A DNA stretch of 35,277 nucleotides from Selaginella moellendorffii (GCF_000143415.4 NW_003314487.1:1-35277); one strand, 5' to 3'; shown: positions 21,223 through 34,799, counted from the stretch's first letter. The notes: a model not told the origin generated them from the letters alone. Numbers and translations: made by a program.

Positions 21223-24200
21223 TGTCACGAATGTAACTTCGGGTATCGAAAGTTAACTATCGGCCACTCCTTTTGTACACTCTTTCCTTATTGCCACGAT
21301 GGTAGGAGGTCAGCATTGCTGGACCCTTTATCAGCCCCTCTTGTTCAAGTGTTAGTAAATTGGACTTTGCATCTGTATTTGGCTGGATGAGCATAAGGAT
21401 GGAATTCCTAAGTGTCTATTTAGCCAAGCATACTCGGCCTGGCTTTTTAATTCTCTTTTGCTTTGTTTTGCACTGGCTTGACAAGAACCCTCGCGTATTG
21501 AGACTAGTCCCTCAATATTGCTGGATGATAGCTTACTATGTCTGCCAAACACTCTCACTATCATGCCTTTTGTGTTAGTCTCATTTAAGTCCCAAATGCT
21601 ATTTATAAAAAGTGTCCAGATTTACTCATTTAGCATATCTATGGAATGTAGAGATTGGCCTGAACATAATGGTGTTTGTCCCATGTCCAAATTCACAATC
21701 TAATGCCATTCCATATTTAGTAAGTTTCAAGCTTATCCCAAAGACTAACTCTTGATACTAAGGGAGGCTTGGGGTGAAAGCCCAAAGCATGTGTTCTTCA
21801 AGGAGGGGGGGGATATAGGGGGTTCCAAATGTATAGTAAGGATAGTGGATAGGTCGGGCATGGCCGACGAACCTAAAATATAGTCTAGCTTCTGCTTGCA
21901 TGCCTGTCCTTGTTTTGCATCCGGCTTGGGTCTATGCCCAAGTTCCACTCCATGTTAGCTGGTGGAGTACTTATGTCTTTGCGTTAGGCCACCAGTATGC
22001 CGAAATAGCACTAAATTTCGTTTGGCTCTGTTTTGTGTGCTGGTCCTAGCATTGGGATGTTGGTTGCTCTAGGACTGTTCCAAGTTGCTCCGGGCTCCTA
22101 TCCCTTTGCTTTTTGGGCTATATGATTGGGAGTTGCTCCATGGTCCGGTATTGTCACTCCTTGGCTCCATGCTTGGGAGTTTGGCACCGTTCCCTTGTTC
22201 AGTGGCCCAAGACCCTGAACCTCAGATTCCACACCATTGTCATATGGACATGTGGCATGTATCACATGGCATAAAGAGGGTTTAGGTTCTGCTTCGTGGT
22301 GTTATCCTATGGTAAAACACCATAGGATAAAGGGTAAAAACCATGTGTGCTACATTTGGTATCAGAGAATGAGTCTCAGCAAGTACTATTCAATGAAATT
22401 GGGCAACTAATCTCGTTGCATATGCAAAGATGAAAACAATGATCTGAGTGGTTACACATTTGGGTGCAAAGGCTTCGCAATCGTTCCTTGGGTATGGATA
22501 CCTTTTTATACCATTTTACACGAGTTTGCACTTGGGCTCGTGAGTGAGGCGCATTAGCAACTCAAGGTTACACTTTGAGTTGGCAAGGTTAATGTTAGCC
22601 TATCAGTGGTTCCATGAGTTATTCCATGTACCATGAGTGAAAGTAAACCTTCCCTGGGTTTGCTATGAGTGGCAAATAGACTGATCCGTAGCTGTTTAGC
22701 ACGGCACTAATAGATCCTTCTAGGCATGGTTACAAGTGGATCAATCAAGACTGTAGGGATGAGTTTATTGATTCAAGTAATTGTTGCCATGCTCTCTCAT
22801 AAACTTTTCTTAGATTGGACTGAAGGTAGTGCGAAAGCAAGCTTGAGGTTTAGCTAAACATGAGACCGAAAAGAGAGTCGTCGGGGACGAAAGATCAAAC
22901 ACGTAAATCATTTTCTCTTTTGAAGAAATGATTTGCAACGAGATGTGACTCATTGCTCATATTCACATTATGCAATCAAGAGTCCCTACTTTGATGGATG
23001 TTGGAAATGATAGTCTTACAAGTGGTGAGTTATGGGATGGATAGCGGTGAAGCGCTAAACCATTTTGTCTAGGCTTGCTATTGAAGACTTGAGTTACAAT
23101 GCTCAATTCTTTTCTAGGAAACCTTGCTATTGCTCCTTAAGTAGCTTGGTGTTGAATTAGTTTTGAGTTTGGTCGGAAAGTGAGTGGCATGAACTTGTCC
23201 ATGTTGTGAACAAAAGTTAGTGATGTTGGGTGTTGTAAGTCTCTATTGGTAGAGTGTGGCATTTATGTTGCATTTTGTCGAATCGAGTTGACACTTGATA
23301 TTCATGTAAACCTTTGTAGTAGTGACATGGGCGTTGCTTGTAGTGTTTCTCAATTGATGATCAAGGCATTGTGATACTTATATCATATCCATGTGATAAT
23401 GAGGAATGTGTTTACGAAGTTGCTTGGTTAAACGATGATCAACCCCAATGTGGTTGATGGTGAAGCTAGTCTACCTACACGAAGTAGCATTGTAGTAGCT
23501 TTGACTGGATTCTTGATGGTGGTCCATTATGTTAAGCTTAAGTTGGTTTCTTGTTTCCTTGAGTTTGCATATAAAGTGTTAGAAAAGGGTTATAGCATTC
23601 ATTTTCTATGGCTTATCAGTTGATCTGTTAACACTTGGAGTAGATTGTTGGATGGAGAAGGTGTGTAGTTGAGGCATTGATATCGCTATCACTTGTGTTA
23701 GTGGAAGTGGCATTGTTATTTCAAGTGATGAGGAAGTTTTCCTTAGAGCTTGATTTTCCATGTCATTTTTCTTGTTAGTGTTTTGGCTTCACATTGGATC
23801 TTGAAGGTGGTTGAAGAAGAGTGTTAGTGCAATGTGGATGTCCGAAGATATGGTCTTTGTGATCAAGCCTTGGATGTTTATTTTGCATTTTTCGGATGTC
23901 AGTGTTAAATGTCGAAAAATGGGCAAAGATATTTGATGCTTAATCATGCTATTGGGTCTTGAGAATTTGTGTTGAGGTGAAACTATGTGAAGCTGTTAGT
24001 AGGAGAAAGTTGGATGAGTCTTGAAAGTTTGCAATCCTGGACTAAAAGTCATTCTTTCTCTAGGATGGAAAATTTTCCACAAATTTTCCCAATAGCTGAT
24101 CTATTGATCACTTTGTTCAAAAACCATTCTATTTTCGTAAGTTAGTACAAACTAGTGAAGGGGTTGGAGTTGACTTAGGTTAGCTTAAACCTTAGTAGGT

Positions 24201-25708
24201 AGTTTGTATGATGCAGCCTAAAAGGGATGCTAACTTTTGGGGCTAAGGCAATTGAGTTAGATAAAGTTTAGAGTTGGTGTAGAAAAGTGGTTCCACTTTG
24301 CATTTCATTAAACTCTATGAGAGTAGTGAGCTCTCACTGATCTTGATTTGGTCATGGTAGCTTTGCACCTTGGCTGAGGATGGTGGTGTCCAACTTAGTT
24401 GTTTAAAGTTGAAATATTAGTACCTGTACTATAACTTTGTCTATGAGGAGGTTGTGTACTGATATGAGTCCATCTCATGGTCTTCACTTTAGTTTTGGCT
24501 GAGTGTTGATTATGCATAGCTAGCCTCTTCAAAGCATGCAAAGAGTTATTGGCTAAACGTGTTAGTGAACTTATTACGATTGAGTTGGATTCGAGTGGTC
24601 ATTTAGTTTGTGCTTGTCCATGAACCTTTTATCTCGTACGTGGGATATTACGTTCATATTGGACAAGTATGTGACTCGATGGCATGAGTTTAGTGTTTGG
24701 GTCTTGTGAAGGCAAGTTGAAGAGTGACTGTTAGTTGCTTTGCAAACTAATGATTACTTATAGACTTTGTCGAGGACTGCTTGACACTTGCTTCACTCGA
24801 TAATAATTTAGTAGTGATGGGCTTACTTTACCAGATGGTATTGCAGAGGATCGTGTCGTTAAACTTACATGGGTTTTCCATGTTGGAATGTCGACTCTAT
24901 CTCTGTCAATATCATTTGGATATATTTAGTTTGTAGTGTTGGATTTCATAAAGTCTTGGATGTGGTGATTCACTCCTTGAGGAAGTGTTATCTGTAACTG
25001 ATTTTTGCTAGAGGATTAGTCTCGGATACTGACTAAAGTATCTTTGAGTTTGGTTAGCTTAGTTGCTAGGGAGTTTTGAGTGATGATTCCCTTGTGCTTT
25101 CTTCTAGCTTTGTTATGGTGTTAATAGCATTGAAGTGATGCCTTGTCATTGACATTTTTGATATTGAGTTTCATTAGTCTTGATGAAGATAATGTTGATG
25201 ATTTGGCTATGGCTTTATGTTATTAGCATTTATACAATGGCTAAGTAGCAACTGTATTAACGTTCAAATGAACTAAGTAGCAAGTTTGAGTTAGTTGTGT
25301 TCTGGATGAGATTGTTTAGTAGGGGTTGAGCTTTAGCTTTTCCTTGAAAAGTGATTTAGTCGTGGACTATGCTATCTTTATGAGAAGAAGAGTTAGTGAT
25401 CAGTATTGAAATGATTGAATCCTTATTGGGTTTGAGTTGGAATATATCAATCATTGATAGTTCTTCTTGTGCTTGTTATTAAATGAGTTATGTCTTGCTA
25501 TAGATGGATTCATGGAGGATTGTTTCATAATCACTTGTTGAACATAACTTCATTATGCTTGGTTTTTGGATTGATGCAGACATGCTTTTTATTAGCTTTG
25601 CATTATGAAGTATAGCTTATGGACATGTTGAGAAGAATATTGTGGGTTGTGCTATGATTTCTTCTTTGGCATTGAAGTTAGTTCTTATGAGACTCATGAT
25701 CATTTGTC
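21223..25708 (+). mobile_element. Non-autonomous or heavily decayed LTR element D (5' LTR 21223-22354, PBS, non-coding internal region; no 3' LTR seen)
   Basis: LTR TGTCACGAATGT...GCTACA is homologous to the reverse complement of the B LTRs; PBS TGGTATCAGAG at 22357-22367. The internal region has no long ORF, only gag-like relics near 22980-23080. Confidence 0.8.
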
Positions 25709-25816
25709 ACAAAGTGCTCGAGGAACAAGCATAAAGCAAGCAATAAGTGAGTCTCTAGAAAAAGGACCACAGAGGACCAACACATGACCCGAGATGGAGT
25801 CCGAGATGGACCCGAG
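25709..25816 (+). repeat. ~108-bp copy of 20364-20471 (LTR C fragment plus first minisatellite units)
   Basis: gctc.aggaacaagca.aaagcaagcaataagtgagtctctagaaaa...gaggaccaacacatgacccgagatggagtcc is shared by both sites. Confidence 0.9.
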
Positions 25817-28440
25817 TCTACTAACAAATCACTAAGTTGCAAAGCAACCAACCATTACTCTTCAACTTGCTTTTATCAAACGAAAACATTAAACTCACGT
25901 CATCGAGTCATATACTTATTTCACATGAACGTAATATCTAAGAACGAGATACAGGTTTATGGACAAACACGAACTAAATGACCACTCGAATCCAACTCAA
26001 CTACAATAAGCTCACTAATGTGTATAGCCATTAACTATGAGAATGCCTTGAAGAGGCCAGCTATGCATAATCAACACTCAGTCTTAACTAAAGTGAAGAC
26101 CATGAGATGGACTCATATTGCTACACAACTTCCTTATAGGCAAGGCTATAATATAGGTACTAACACCTCAATCGCAAACAACTAAGTTAGACATCACTAT
26201 CCTTAGCTAAGATGCAAGGCTACCAAGACTAGGTCAAGATCAATAAAAGTTAACTACTCTCATAGAGTCTAACGAGATATAAGGTGCAACCTGCCACCTA
26301 GTATAACACTATAAAGGCACAAGGGTCACCATTTTAGAAAAGCGCAACGGCCACTCTTTTACACCAATTCTAGACTCCATCCAACTTAATTGCCTTAGCC
26401 TCAAAATCAACATCCCTTTCGGACTGTATCATACAAACTATCACTAATTTGTACTGGCTTACGAAAATAGAATGGTTTTCGGGTAAAGTGATCAATAAAT
26501 CAGCCATTGGAAAAGCTTAAAAAAATTTGTGGAAAATTTTCCATCTTAGAGAAAAAATGACTCTTAGTCTAGGAATGCAAACTTTTAAGATTCAACCAAC
26601 TTCATCCTACTAACAACTTCACATAGGTACAGCTTAACACTAATTCTCATGACCCAACAGTATAACTAAGCATTGAACATTATGCCTATATTTTCGACAT
26701 CTAACACCGACATTTGCAAAATGCAAATGAATATCCAAGACTCAATCATAAAGATCATATCTTCGGATATCCATATTGCACTACACTTTTCTTCAATCAC
26801 CTTCAAGATCCAATATAAAGCCAAAACATTAACAAAAAAAATGACATGAAAAGTCAAGCTTCAAGGAAAAACTCTTCATCACTCAAAACAACAATGTCAC
26901 TTCCACTAGCACAAGTGTTAGCAAAGTCAATACCTCAACTTCATACCTTTTCCATTTAACAATCTACTCCTAGTGCTAACGGATCAATTAACAAGCTATA
27001 ACAAATGAATGCTATAACCTTTTCCAACACCTCAATGGGCAAACTCAAGGAAATAAGGTACTAGTTTAGCATATCATAGATCACCATTGAGAACTTAGTC
27101 AAAGCTACTTCAATGTTATTTATTGCAAATAGAGTAGCTTCACTATCAGCCACCTTTGGGTTGATCAGCATTTGACCAAGCAACTTTGTAACCACATTGC
27201 TCACTATCATATGGATATGATATAAAAATCACAATAATTTGATCATTAATCAAGCAACACCATGACCAACACCCATATCATTATGTGAGTATCAAGTGCT
27301 AAATTTGACACAATACAACATAAATGCCACACCCCACCAATAAAAATTTACAACATTAAACACCACCAACTTTTGTTCACAACATAAACAAGTTCATACC
27401 ACTTTCTTTTTAACCAAACTCAAAACTAATCCAACACCAAACTATTCAAGGAGTAATAGCAAGGTTCCCCAAAAAATAATTTAGGATTGTAATTCAAGTC
27501 TTCAATAGCAAGCCTAGACAAAATGGTTTAACACTTCACTACTATCCATCCCATGATTCACCACTTGTAAGACCACCATAACCAACATACATCAAGGTTG
27601 GGACTTTTGATTGCATGATGTGAACACGAGCAATGAGATCACACCTCATTGCAAATCATCTATCCAAGAAGAGAAAATGATTTATATGTTTGATCTTTTG
27701 TCCCCGATAACTCTCTTTTCAATCTCAACTTTGACCAAACCTCAAGCTTACATTAGCACTGCCTTTAGTCCGGTTTAAGAAAAGTTTATAAGAGAGCATA
27801 GCAATGACTACTTGAAATAACAGATTGGTTTCTACAGTCTTGATTGATCCACTTATAATCATGCCTATAAAAGATCCACTAGTGTTGTACTAAACAACTA
27901 CGGACTAGCCCATTTGCCATTTATAGCAAACCTAGAAAAGGTTTACTTTTAACCATGGTACATGGAACAACTTATAGAACCACCAATAGGCCATTATTAA
28001 TCCTACCAACTCAAAATGTAACCCTTGAATTGCTAATGTGCCTCACTCATGAGCCCAAGTGCAAACTCGTGCCCCCCCCCCCCGTGAGGATGCATACTTT
28101 GGGCTTTCACCCTTAGCCACCTTTAGTACCTAAAGTTAGTCCTTGAGACTTACTTGAAACTTATTAAATACGGAATGAAATTGCATTGTGAATATAGACA
28201 CGGGACGAATACCATTTTGTTCAAAACAATCTCTAAATTTTGTAGATATGCCAAATTAGCAAATTTAGACACTTTCCATAAATAGCAATTAAAACCAAAT
28301 GGTACTAACACAAGGTGCATGATAGCAAGGGTGTTTGGTAGACACAGTAAGTTATCATTTAGTGATATTGAGGCACTAGTTCAACATGTAAGAGTTCTTG
28401 TCAAACCAGTGCAAGACAGAGGAAAAGAGAACTAAGAGCC
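25817..28440 (-). mobile_element. Element E: deleted, inverted second copy of family D
   Basis: 25817-28071 is the reverse-complement homolog of 22519-24764. It is fused at a poly-C run (28072) to an LTR segment (ctttgggctttcaccc...agacactttccataaatagca...gatagcaagggtgtttgg). Right boundary approximate. Confidence 0.85.
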
Positions 28441-28775
28441 AGGTTGAGTATTGTAGCGCATGTGATCATGGGATGAGATTTGGATATACTGTCTCCTTGG
28501 AACCTTGGGGGATAAATAGGGATAAAATAGCCACTAAAGGCTCTTTCATCAAGCAATTGCCCCTTTTCCAGTTGACTTAAGGGGAGAGAGATAGGGTGCG
28601 TTACAGTTGGTATTGGAGCAAATGGCACGAGTTCGATTCCCATTGATTAGTGGCTACCTAAAAAGTATAATATACCCTTGAACAAGGTATATTCCTACCC
28701 TTAAAAATTTGAAATTGTACGTATTGAGCATCCATGCGTATGTCCTTCCTCTTGTGTGGAGTATCCACGACAAAG

Positions 28776-29602
28776 NNNNNNNNNNNNNNNNNNNNNNNNN
28801 NNNNNNNNNNNNNNNNNNNNNNNNNNNNNNNNNNNNNNNNNNNNNNNNNNNNNNNNNNNNNNNNNNNNNNNNNNNNNNNNNNNNNNNNNNNNNNNNNNNN
28901 NNNNNNNNNNNNNNNNNNNNNNNNNNNNNNNNNNNNNNNNNNNNNNNNNNNNNNNNNNNNNNNNNNNNNNNNNNNNNNNNNNNNNNNNNNNNNNNNNNNN
29001 NNNNNNNNNNNNNNNNNNNNNNNNNNNNNNNNNNNNNNNNNNNNNNNNNNNNNNNNNNNNNNNNNNNNNNNNNNNNNNNNNNNNNNNNNNNNNNNNNNNN
29101 NNNNNNNNNNNNNNNNNNNNNNNNNNNNNNNNNNNNNNNNNNNNNNNNNNNNNNNNNNNNNNNNNNNNNNNNNNNNNNNNNNNNNNNNNNNNNNNNNNNN
29201 NNNNNNNNNNNNNNNNNNNNNNNNNNNNNNNNNNNNNNNNNNNNNNNNNNNNNNNNNNNNNNNNNNNNNNNNNNNNNNNNNNNNNNNNNNNNNNNNNNNN
29301 NNNNNNNNNNNNNNNNNNNNNNNNNNNNNNNNNNNNNNNNNNNNNNNNNNNNNNNNNNNNNNNNNNNNNNNNNNNNNNNNNNNNNNNNNNNNNNNNNNNN
29401 NNNNNNNNNNNNNNNNNNNNNNNNNNNNNNNNNNNNNNNNNNNNNNNNNNNNNNNNNNNNNNNNNNNNNNNNNNNNNNNNNNNNNNNNNNNNNNNNNNNN
29501 NNNNNNNNNNNNNNNNNNNNNNNNNNNNNNNNNNNNNNNNNNNNNNNNNNNNNNNNNNNNNNNNNNNNNNNNNNNNNNNNNNNNNNNNNNNNNNNNNNNN
29601 NN
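28776..29602. other. Assembly gap (827 N)
   Basis: Run of N. Confidence 1.
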
Positions 29603-29974
29603 ACTTACTTATCTTGATCTTGCATACTACTGCAATGGTTCTTGAGCTAGACACAAAAAAACATAAATAAAATGAGAATAAAGAGTGATTCAAGTCCTTC
29701 GATCCCCAAAAAGGTTCTTGCTAAGATTATGAATAAGGATAGGCTTGGCATCGCTTGAGTACTCCAGATCTTTAGCATGTGAATGTGCATTGATGATGGA
29801 AGGCCAAAATATAAAAGAAGTAGGGATAGGGCTTGAGTGCTAACTCACCCTGTTATCTAGTTCTACATGGTGGCATCTGTCACTTCTTCCTGTTCTTGAA
29901 TCTCAAGATTGGAGTCTTGAGATGATGCTCCTAAATGCAAGGTTGATTTCCTGTGCTCTACTTTTCTCCCACAA

Positions 29975-30214
29975 CTAAGTTGAGCTTCTCTCACTGCACC
30001 ATGACATTGGACTGCTTTGTAGCTGCTGCAGCTCTAGAAAGCTTGTCCTTGTACTTGTCAAGTTTCTACTGGAAGCATCATCATTGTGATTACTCCCAAG
30101 TTTCTGCCGGAACTCATTGTCATCCTCCATGACAATTGGTGGCTGTTTTGCCTTGAGCTGTTGGATCTCATTGTGAAGCTCGGCATTCTCCTTGGAGAGC
30201 TCTTTGTTCATGCA
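29975..30214 (-). CDS. Possible terminal exon of an unidentified coiled-coil protein
   Basis: MNKELSKENAELHNEIQQLK shows heptad periodicity and is preceded by a plausible ctcag acceptor. Upstream exons are not resolved. Confidence 0.3.
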   Translation of the reverse strand, partial: CMNKELSKENAELHNEIQQLKAKQPPIVMEDDNEFRQKLGSNHNDDASSRNLTSTRTSFLELQQLQSSPMSWCSERSST

Positions 30215-30899
30215 CTGAGTCTCAGTGCAAATGGATCCCTAGAAAGCTGTACCTTGAATGCTCCTCTTGAGCTGGAGAATGTCACTCTGGTTATTATGGG
30301 GTATCATGTATGGAGATCATATGGCATAATAAAATTGATCCATTTACTGTTTACTGTTTTAGTTCAATTATCTTTGAATCTCTTAAGAACAAGCCTAAAA
30401 TTTAATTTGAACTGCACTAAGCATTGAAGCACGAAAGAAAGAAATTTTAACTGAGTAACTTGTGCTTGCTCTTTTAAAGGAGTAACTAGTTTTCCATATA
30501 CTGTTGCTGAACTAATCTGACACATCAGAACTGCACAAATAGTCATCACATGACTTAATCTTTTGACATGAATTCTTACTTTGAAAGACATTTCTATTCC
30601 AGCACCAAAAGAGAGTGTACATGTAAGTGAAGCTCAAAATACAGTTTTCTCATGACCAAGCAGCTTAGGTCAGCTCAAGGGTATTTTAAAAGGAGACTCT
30701 TCTCCTGTCGCCTTTCTGCTAGTTTTGCTCATAAAGGAGCCGAGATACAAAGATGACGCAACAAGTACCTCCATGAAAGACCCCGAGCAATAACAAAATT
30801 ATGCTTAAATTTTGGTTTTTTCTGGTAAATAAAATACATAAGTGGAAGAAATTGACAAAACTTGGAAAGTCTGTGTAAAATGCATCATTGACCTAGCTA

Positions 30900-33413
30900 T
30901 TAATCTATTGTTACAGCAGTAGAGGGTCGGCTTCTCCTCTTAGTTTCCCTCTTGGATATTTGCTCTGTCCGTGCCACTTCACGTATTTTCTTTACATAGA
31001 GCGACTTTTTAATCAAACTTTCCCTTCTCTGCCATCAGAACTATCTTTTTAGTATAAAAGATATAAAAATTATACCTCCTTTTTAACAGCAAAAATTTTT
31101 ACTCGTCGTGACTCATGCTGCCCCTCAAACGCTTCCTTCACAAGCTCCAGCCGTTTTCTGAGCTCTGTAATCGACATCTCTGCTAATAGTCCATGATCAG
31201 CAGTGCTATTAGGGTCAAACTTCTTTTCCTCGCGCTCAAACGCAAACTCTATATCCTGTACAACTGGTGGTATGTGCGGTTGAAAATTCTAAAGAGCATA
31301 CATGAAGCTGGCGCACTAGCTCGTGTTTGATCCTGAGCTCTGTTGCTCGAGTAAAATCTCGCTCAGCATGATTCTCATAAGATCAGTTCCATGATTTTCT
31401 GCGCCTTTGACTTTTTATTCCTTGTTTACTTTGGTTACTGTTTCCTTGGTGCGAAGCATTCACGGGTTTCCATACAAAGAAGGGATCGCTTTAGAATACC
31501 CTTTTGAAGCAAACACGAATTTAGGGAGGACATTTTCCATGTCTTAGCTCGTCTAAGTAACTCCACATTCAATTCAAACTCTTGTCTTTGAGCTATGAGC
31601 GCCTGGTTCTGCTGTCTCACATCATTGGCGGTTTCATGTCTATCTTTTATCTAATTCACATCACCAGGTCACATGGATTCAAGCATTCATATGTATAGAA
31701 GAATATCACATTTTAAGGGAGCTTTTCATATAAGTACCACTGTGTTCCTTGCATCTTGTATTGCCTGGGCAATGCCTGCCACACAATCGCGTCTAAATCG
31801 ATTTTCTAAGGATTGTCCCATTTCAAACTTGGCCCGCTCTTCCTCCTAAGAGTAAATTTTGAGGGAAAATGCGCTCTAAAATTTGTTTGTGTCATCTTAC
31901 TTGCCAGGATTTGAAGCTCGCTTCATCTCTGAGCTCAGTCTCTAATGCTTGGACACGTTGTTTATCAGCATCCACTTGCCTTAGATAGAGAGCATGCTCC
32001 CGAAGAACTGCCGATGCATTCAATTTAACCTGCGATAAGGAAAAGATACAGAGGAGTCCCAAAAGCTGCAAACTTTTAGAACCTCTATACTTGCAGGCTC
32101 TGGAAAATGGATGGATTGTGCCGGAATGTATGCATTTTCTGAAGCTCGTTGTCTTTCTACCTACACATAATAAAAAGGAAATTAAATCTCAATTAATATC
32201 GTGACAGAAAGACCTTGTCTCTAATCTCATCTATGTTTGTGGGCCTTTCAAGGCTTCGGAGACGAAAGGGCTGATAATTTGGATCTGCGTAGAAATCTGC
32301 CTCTCGTTTTCTATTTTCGAGGCTGACACTTTCCATGGCTCTTTGCACGACTGTTGGTGGGTCTTTAAACTTTGGCATGGGCCTGGCTTTGAACAGAATG
32401 GACTGGTAGGCTCATAGATTAGGACAATTCAAGTTTAAATTTATAGCAGGAAAAAAGCCACCTCTTCTTTCTTCGGTTGTGGTTTTGGTCTAGGACAAAC
32501 TGACAGCTTAAAAGGTCGAGGTGTGGTTTTTCTCCCTGTTCGTAGGTCTTTAATAAAGACCTTTTCTGCTACCCTGAAAAGGAAAAAAAAATAAAGATAA
32601 CAGTTCTGTGCAAATTGAGCAATGTTTTAAAGAACCTTCTTTCTAAATTGGCAGCTTCGGACGTCCACATCCCTATCCTGCTGATCAAATCGTCCACAAA
32701 CTGACATGAAAACCAAAAATTCAGCTGACTGCAAGTAAAAGCAGAAAGTCAATACTTCCACGTCATAAATTTTCAGCCATTCTGCCTTGCAATGGTTCCT
32801 CAAATAGCTCGTATTAAAGATAAACTCGACAAATGGGAGGACCTTCTGAGCATGCTGGCTAAGTATCAAAAGACTAGTACAAAAAAAGGCAAAACTGTGT
32901 AAGACTAGAAACTATACCTCAGCAGGATATATCCTCACCAAAGGTTTGGGAACGTTATTTCTTCTAAGCGAATAAGAATGAGGTATCCGAGGACTGTGTA
33001 AAGGAAGCGATCTGCAGCCCGTGTAAATGCTGCCTTACATTTGAATAGTTTTGACATGAGTATACTCAAAAGCTTTGTATAGCGGCAGCAGCCATAAAGC
33101 ACCTATTTTACTTAGTCTGTGGAGGTTGGAGAAATTAATTTAGTTAAAATGAGCAGCATACCTGTTCTACAAACACCACATCGTAAGGATGCACTACGTT
33201 AAGGCCTGAGCAGACTGAAGCAACATAGTCATCGCAAGACAAGTCTGGAGGGCCCTCCATCACAAAACCAAATAGAATTTTCTCGCATGCTTCCAGAAGG
33301 GCTCTGGCAGTCATACGTTTCCCACGATCCTTGCATTGCTTGGCATCATAGGCAGCGTGATGGATGACATATTGGAGGCACAGTTCCTCACGCTTCTCAG
33401 GTTCCTCCTCCAT
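30900..33413 (-). CDS. CFAP99: Cilia- and flagella-associated protein 99-like, multi-exon with small introns
   Basis: Spliced segments read ...DVVFVEQ|VLYGCCRYTKLL...LYTVLGYLILIRLEEITFP...LILSQHAQKVLPFVEFIFN...EWLKIYD...FVDDLISR...FKARPMP...PFRLRSLERPTN...VKLNASAVLREHALY...ELRDEASFKSWQ...KFDPNSTADHGLLAEMSITELRKRL, which I recognise as the FAP99/CFAP99 pattern. Exon 1 is 33413-33162, exon 2 starts at 33102, and the stop TAA is at 30900-30902. Not every internal junction was checked. Confidence 0.82.
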
Positions 33414-33963
33414 CTTTCAACACAAGAACCCTAAGTTGACTGAGATAGAATAGTTCATCTTGGCCTGATTTTTTTTTTTTTTTTCTTGTGTATTTTATAC
33501 TTTCTACAAGGAATACTGTTCAGTGCATTTCCGAACACTCTTTTAGACCAAACGAGCTTCTAACAGAAGTCGTTTTACTGAGATCGAATTCCGGCATGTT
33601 TGTATCAGCACGAACATGAGATGTTACCAGTTATCAAATGAAAGCAGTACCTCACACTGTTGCAATGTTGTTCGATGAAGCAGTTACAGGTGCTGGATTT
33701 CACAAGCCTGGCGGATCGTTTATCTTGGAAGGCTGACAAGCCAGTGGTTTCAACCTTTGTGCTTCAACCTTTGACAGACACACTCACGTCTGAGGAGAGG
33801 ACACTCCCTTGGCTGACAAGACACTGTCACATAGTGTCCCATTGTTTTAAAAAGAGCGTGGGACTTCGTTTATGTAAATTTTACATGTATTTTAAAAACT
33901 TTACATTAACCCAGTATTAATACCCCATTAATATGGTTAACGTTAAGCCAGTATTTAAAAAAA

Positions 33964-33990
33964 CTAGTTGGGATTCCAGCTCCGCTGGAA
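33964..33990 (-). mobile_element. Probable Helitron 3' terminus; element body would extend rightward
   Basis: On the - strand: hairpin TTCCAGC-GGA-GCTGGAA, then 6 nt, then CTAG followed by T, at the edge of a very AT-rich tract. The 5' end was not identified. Confidence 0.5.
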
Positions 33991-34378
33991 AATATAGATT
34001 AAAATAAATATAAAAATTCCAAAATAAAATGTAAATATTTTTAGCACAATTATTAGTGATTCCTTTAGATATTAAAATAATTTTTGAAATGAATAGTTTT
34101 AAATAGTTTATGGTGGGTTTCTAGGCTAATAAAATATGCATATTTCTGTATTCTATTTACTTATACCCTTTACTTTATTCAACATTTAAAAGTTGATAAT
34201 ATGTACTAGAAATTATAGATGTGTTTTGTTATTAATGTTGTGTTTGTTATAAAATTATTTTAAACATGACAACTCATAAGCAAATGAAAAATTCCATTCA
34301 AGATTTTCTTAGTCTAGTTACTAACTCACAAAATCAAAGAAACCTGGGTTAATCCATTTTTAGTGGAAGACCCTATGG

Positions 34379-34458
34379 AGACAATGCTCTAGTATGTTTG
34401 ACTGTGTTGATCACACAAAAGACAATGCTCTAGTATGTTTGACTATGTTGATCACACA
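34379..34458 (+). repeat. Tandem duplication of a ~39-bp unit
   Basis: agacaatgctctagtatgtttgactRtgttgatcacaca occurs twice, period 41. Confidence 0.92.
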
Positions 34459-34799
34459 GACTTTTATAAAGTGGATTTCTAAGAAAATCCACTTTTCATT
34501 CTTTCATTTTTAGTATAATTGAAACGTTTGGTTAAAGTTTATAAAAATTAGAGTTTAGATCTAAAATTTTTGTATGGAGTGTAATTCTCAACTAAATTCT
34601 TGGTCAGATTGTCAGGACACTGGGAGAGACATTCCTTGCAAAACTTGCAAAAATCACTAGCCAGACACAAGACATTCCTTCACCAAGAAGAAAGATGATG
34701 ATGACTTTTAATTTAAGTTTAGGGCTCTATGGACTCAGCTTGTAGGAGCTGATGCTATGGTTGCATCCATGGTTAAGAACCCAAACCTTAAACTATAGT

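Noticed and set aside
28701-29693. 300-aa ORFs
   Set aside because: Artefacts of the N run.
29975-30290. MADS K-box or bZIP assignment for the coiled-coil fragment
   Set aside because: Only generic heptads; no diagnostic domain found upstream.
1256-33413. Functional link between the MTase-like gene and the sperm gene CFAP99
   Set aside because: They are separated by >20 kb of retroelements and a gap; proximity alone is not evidence.
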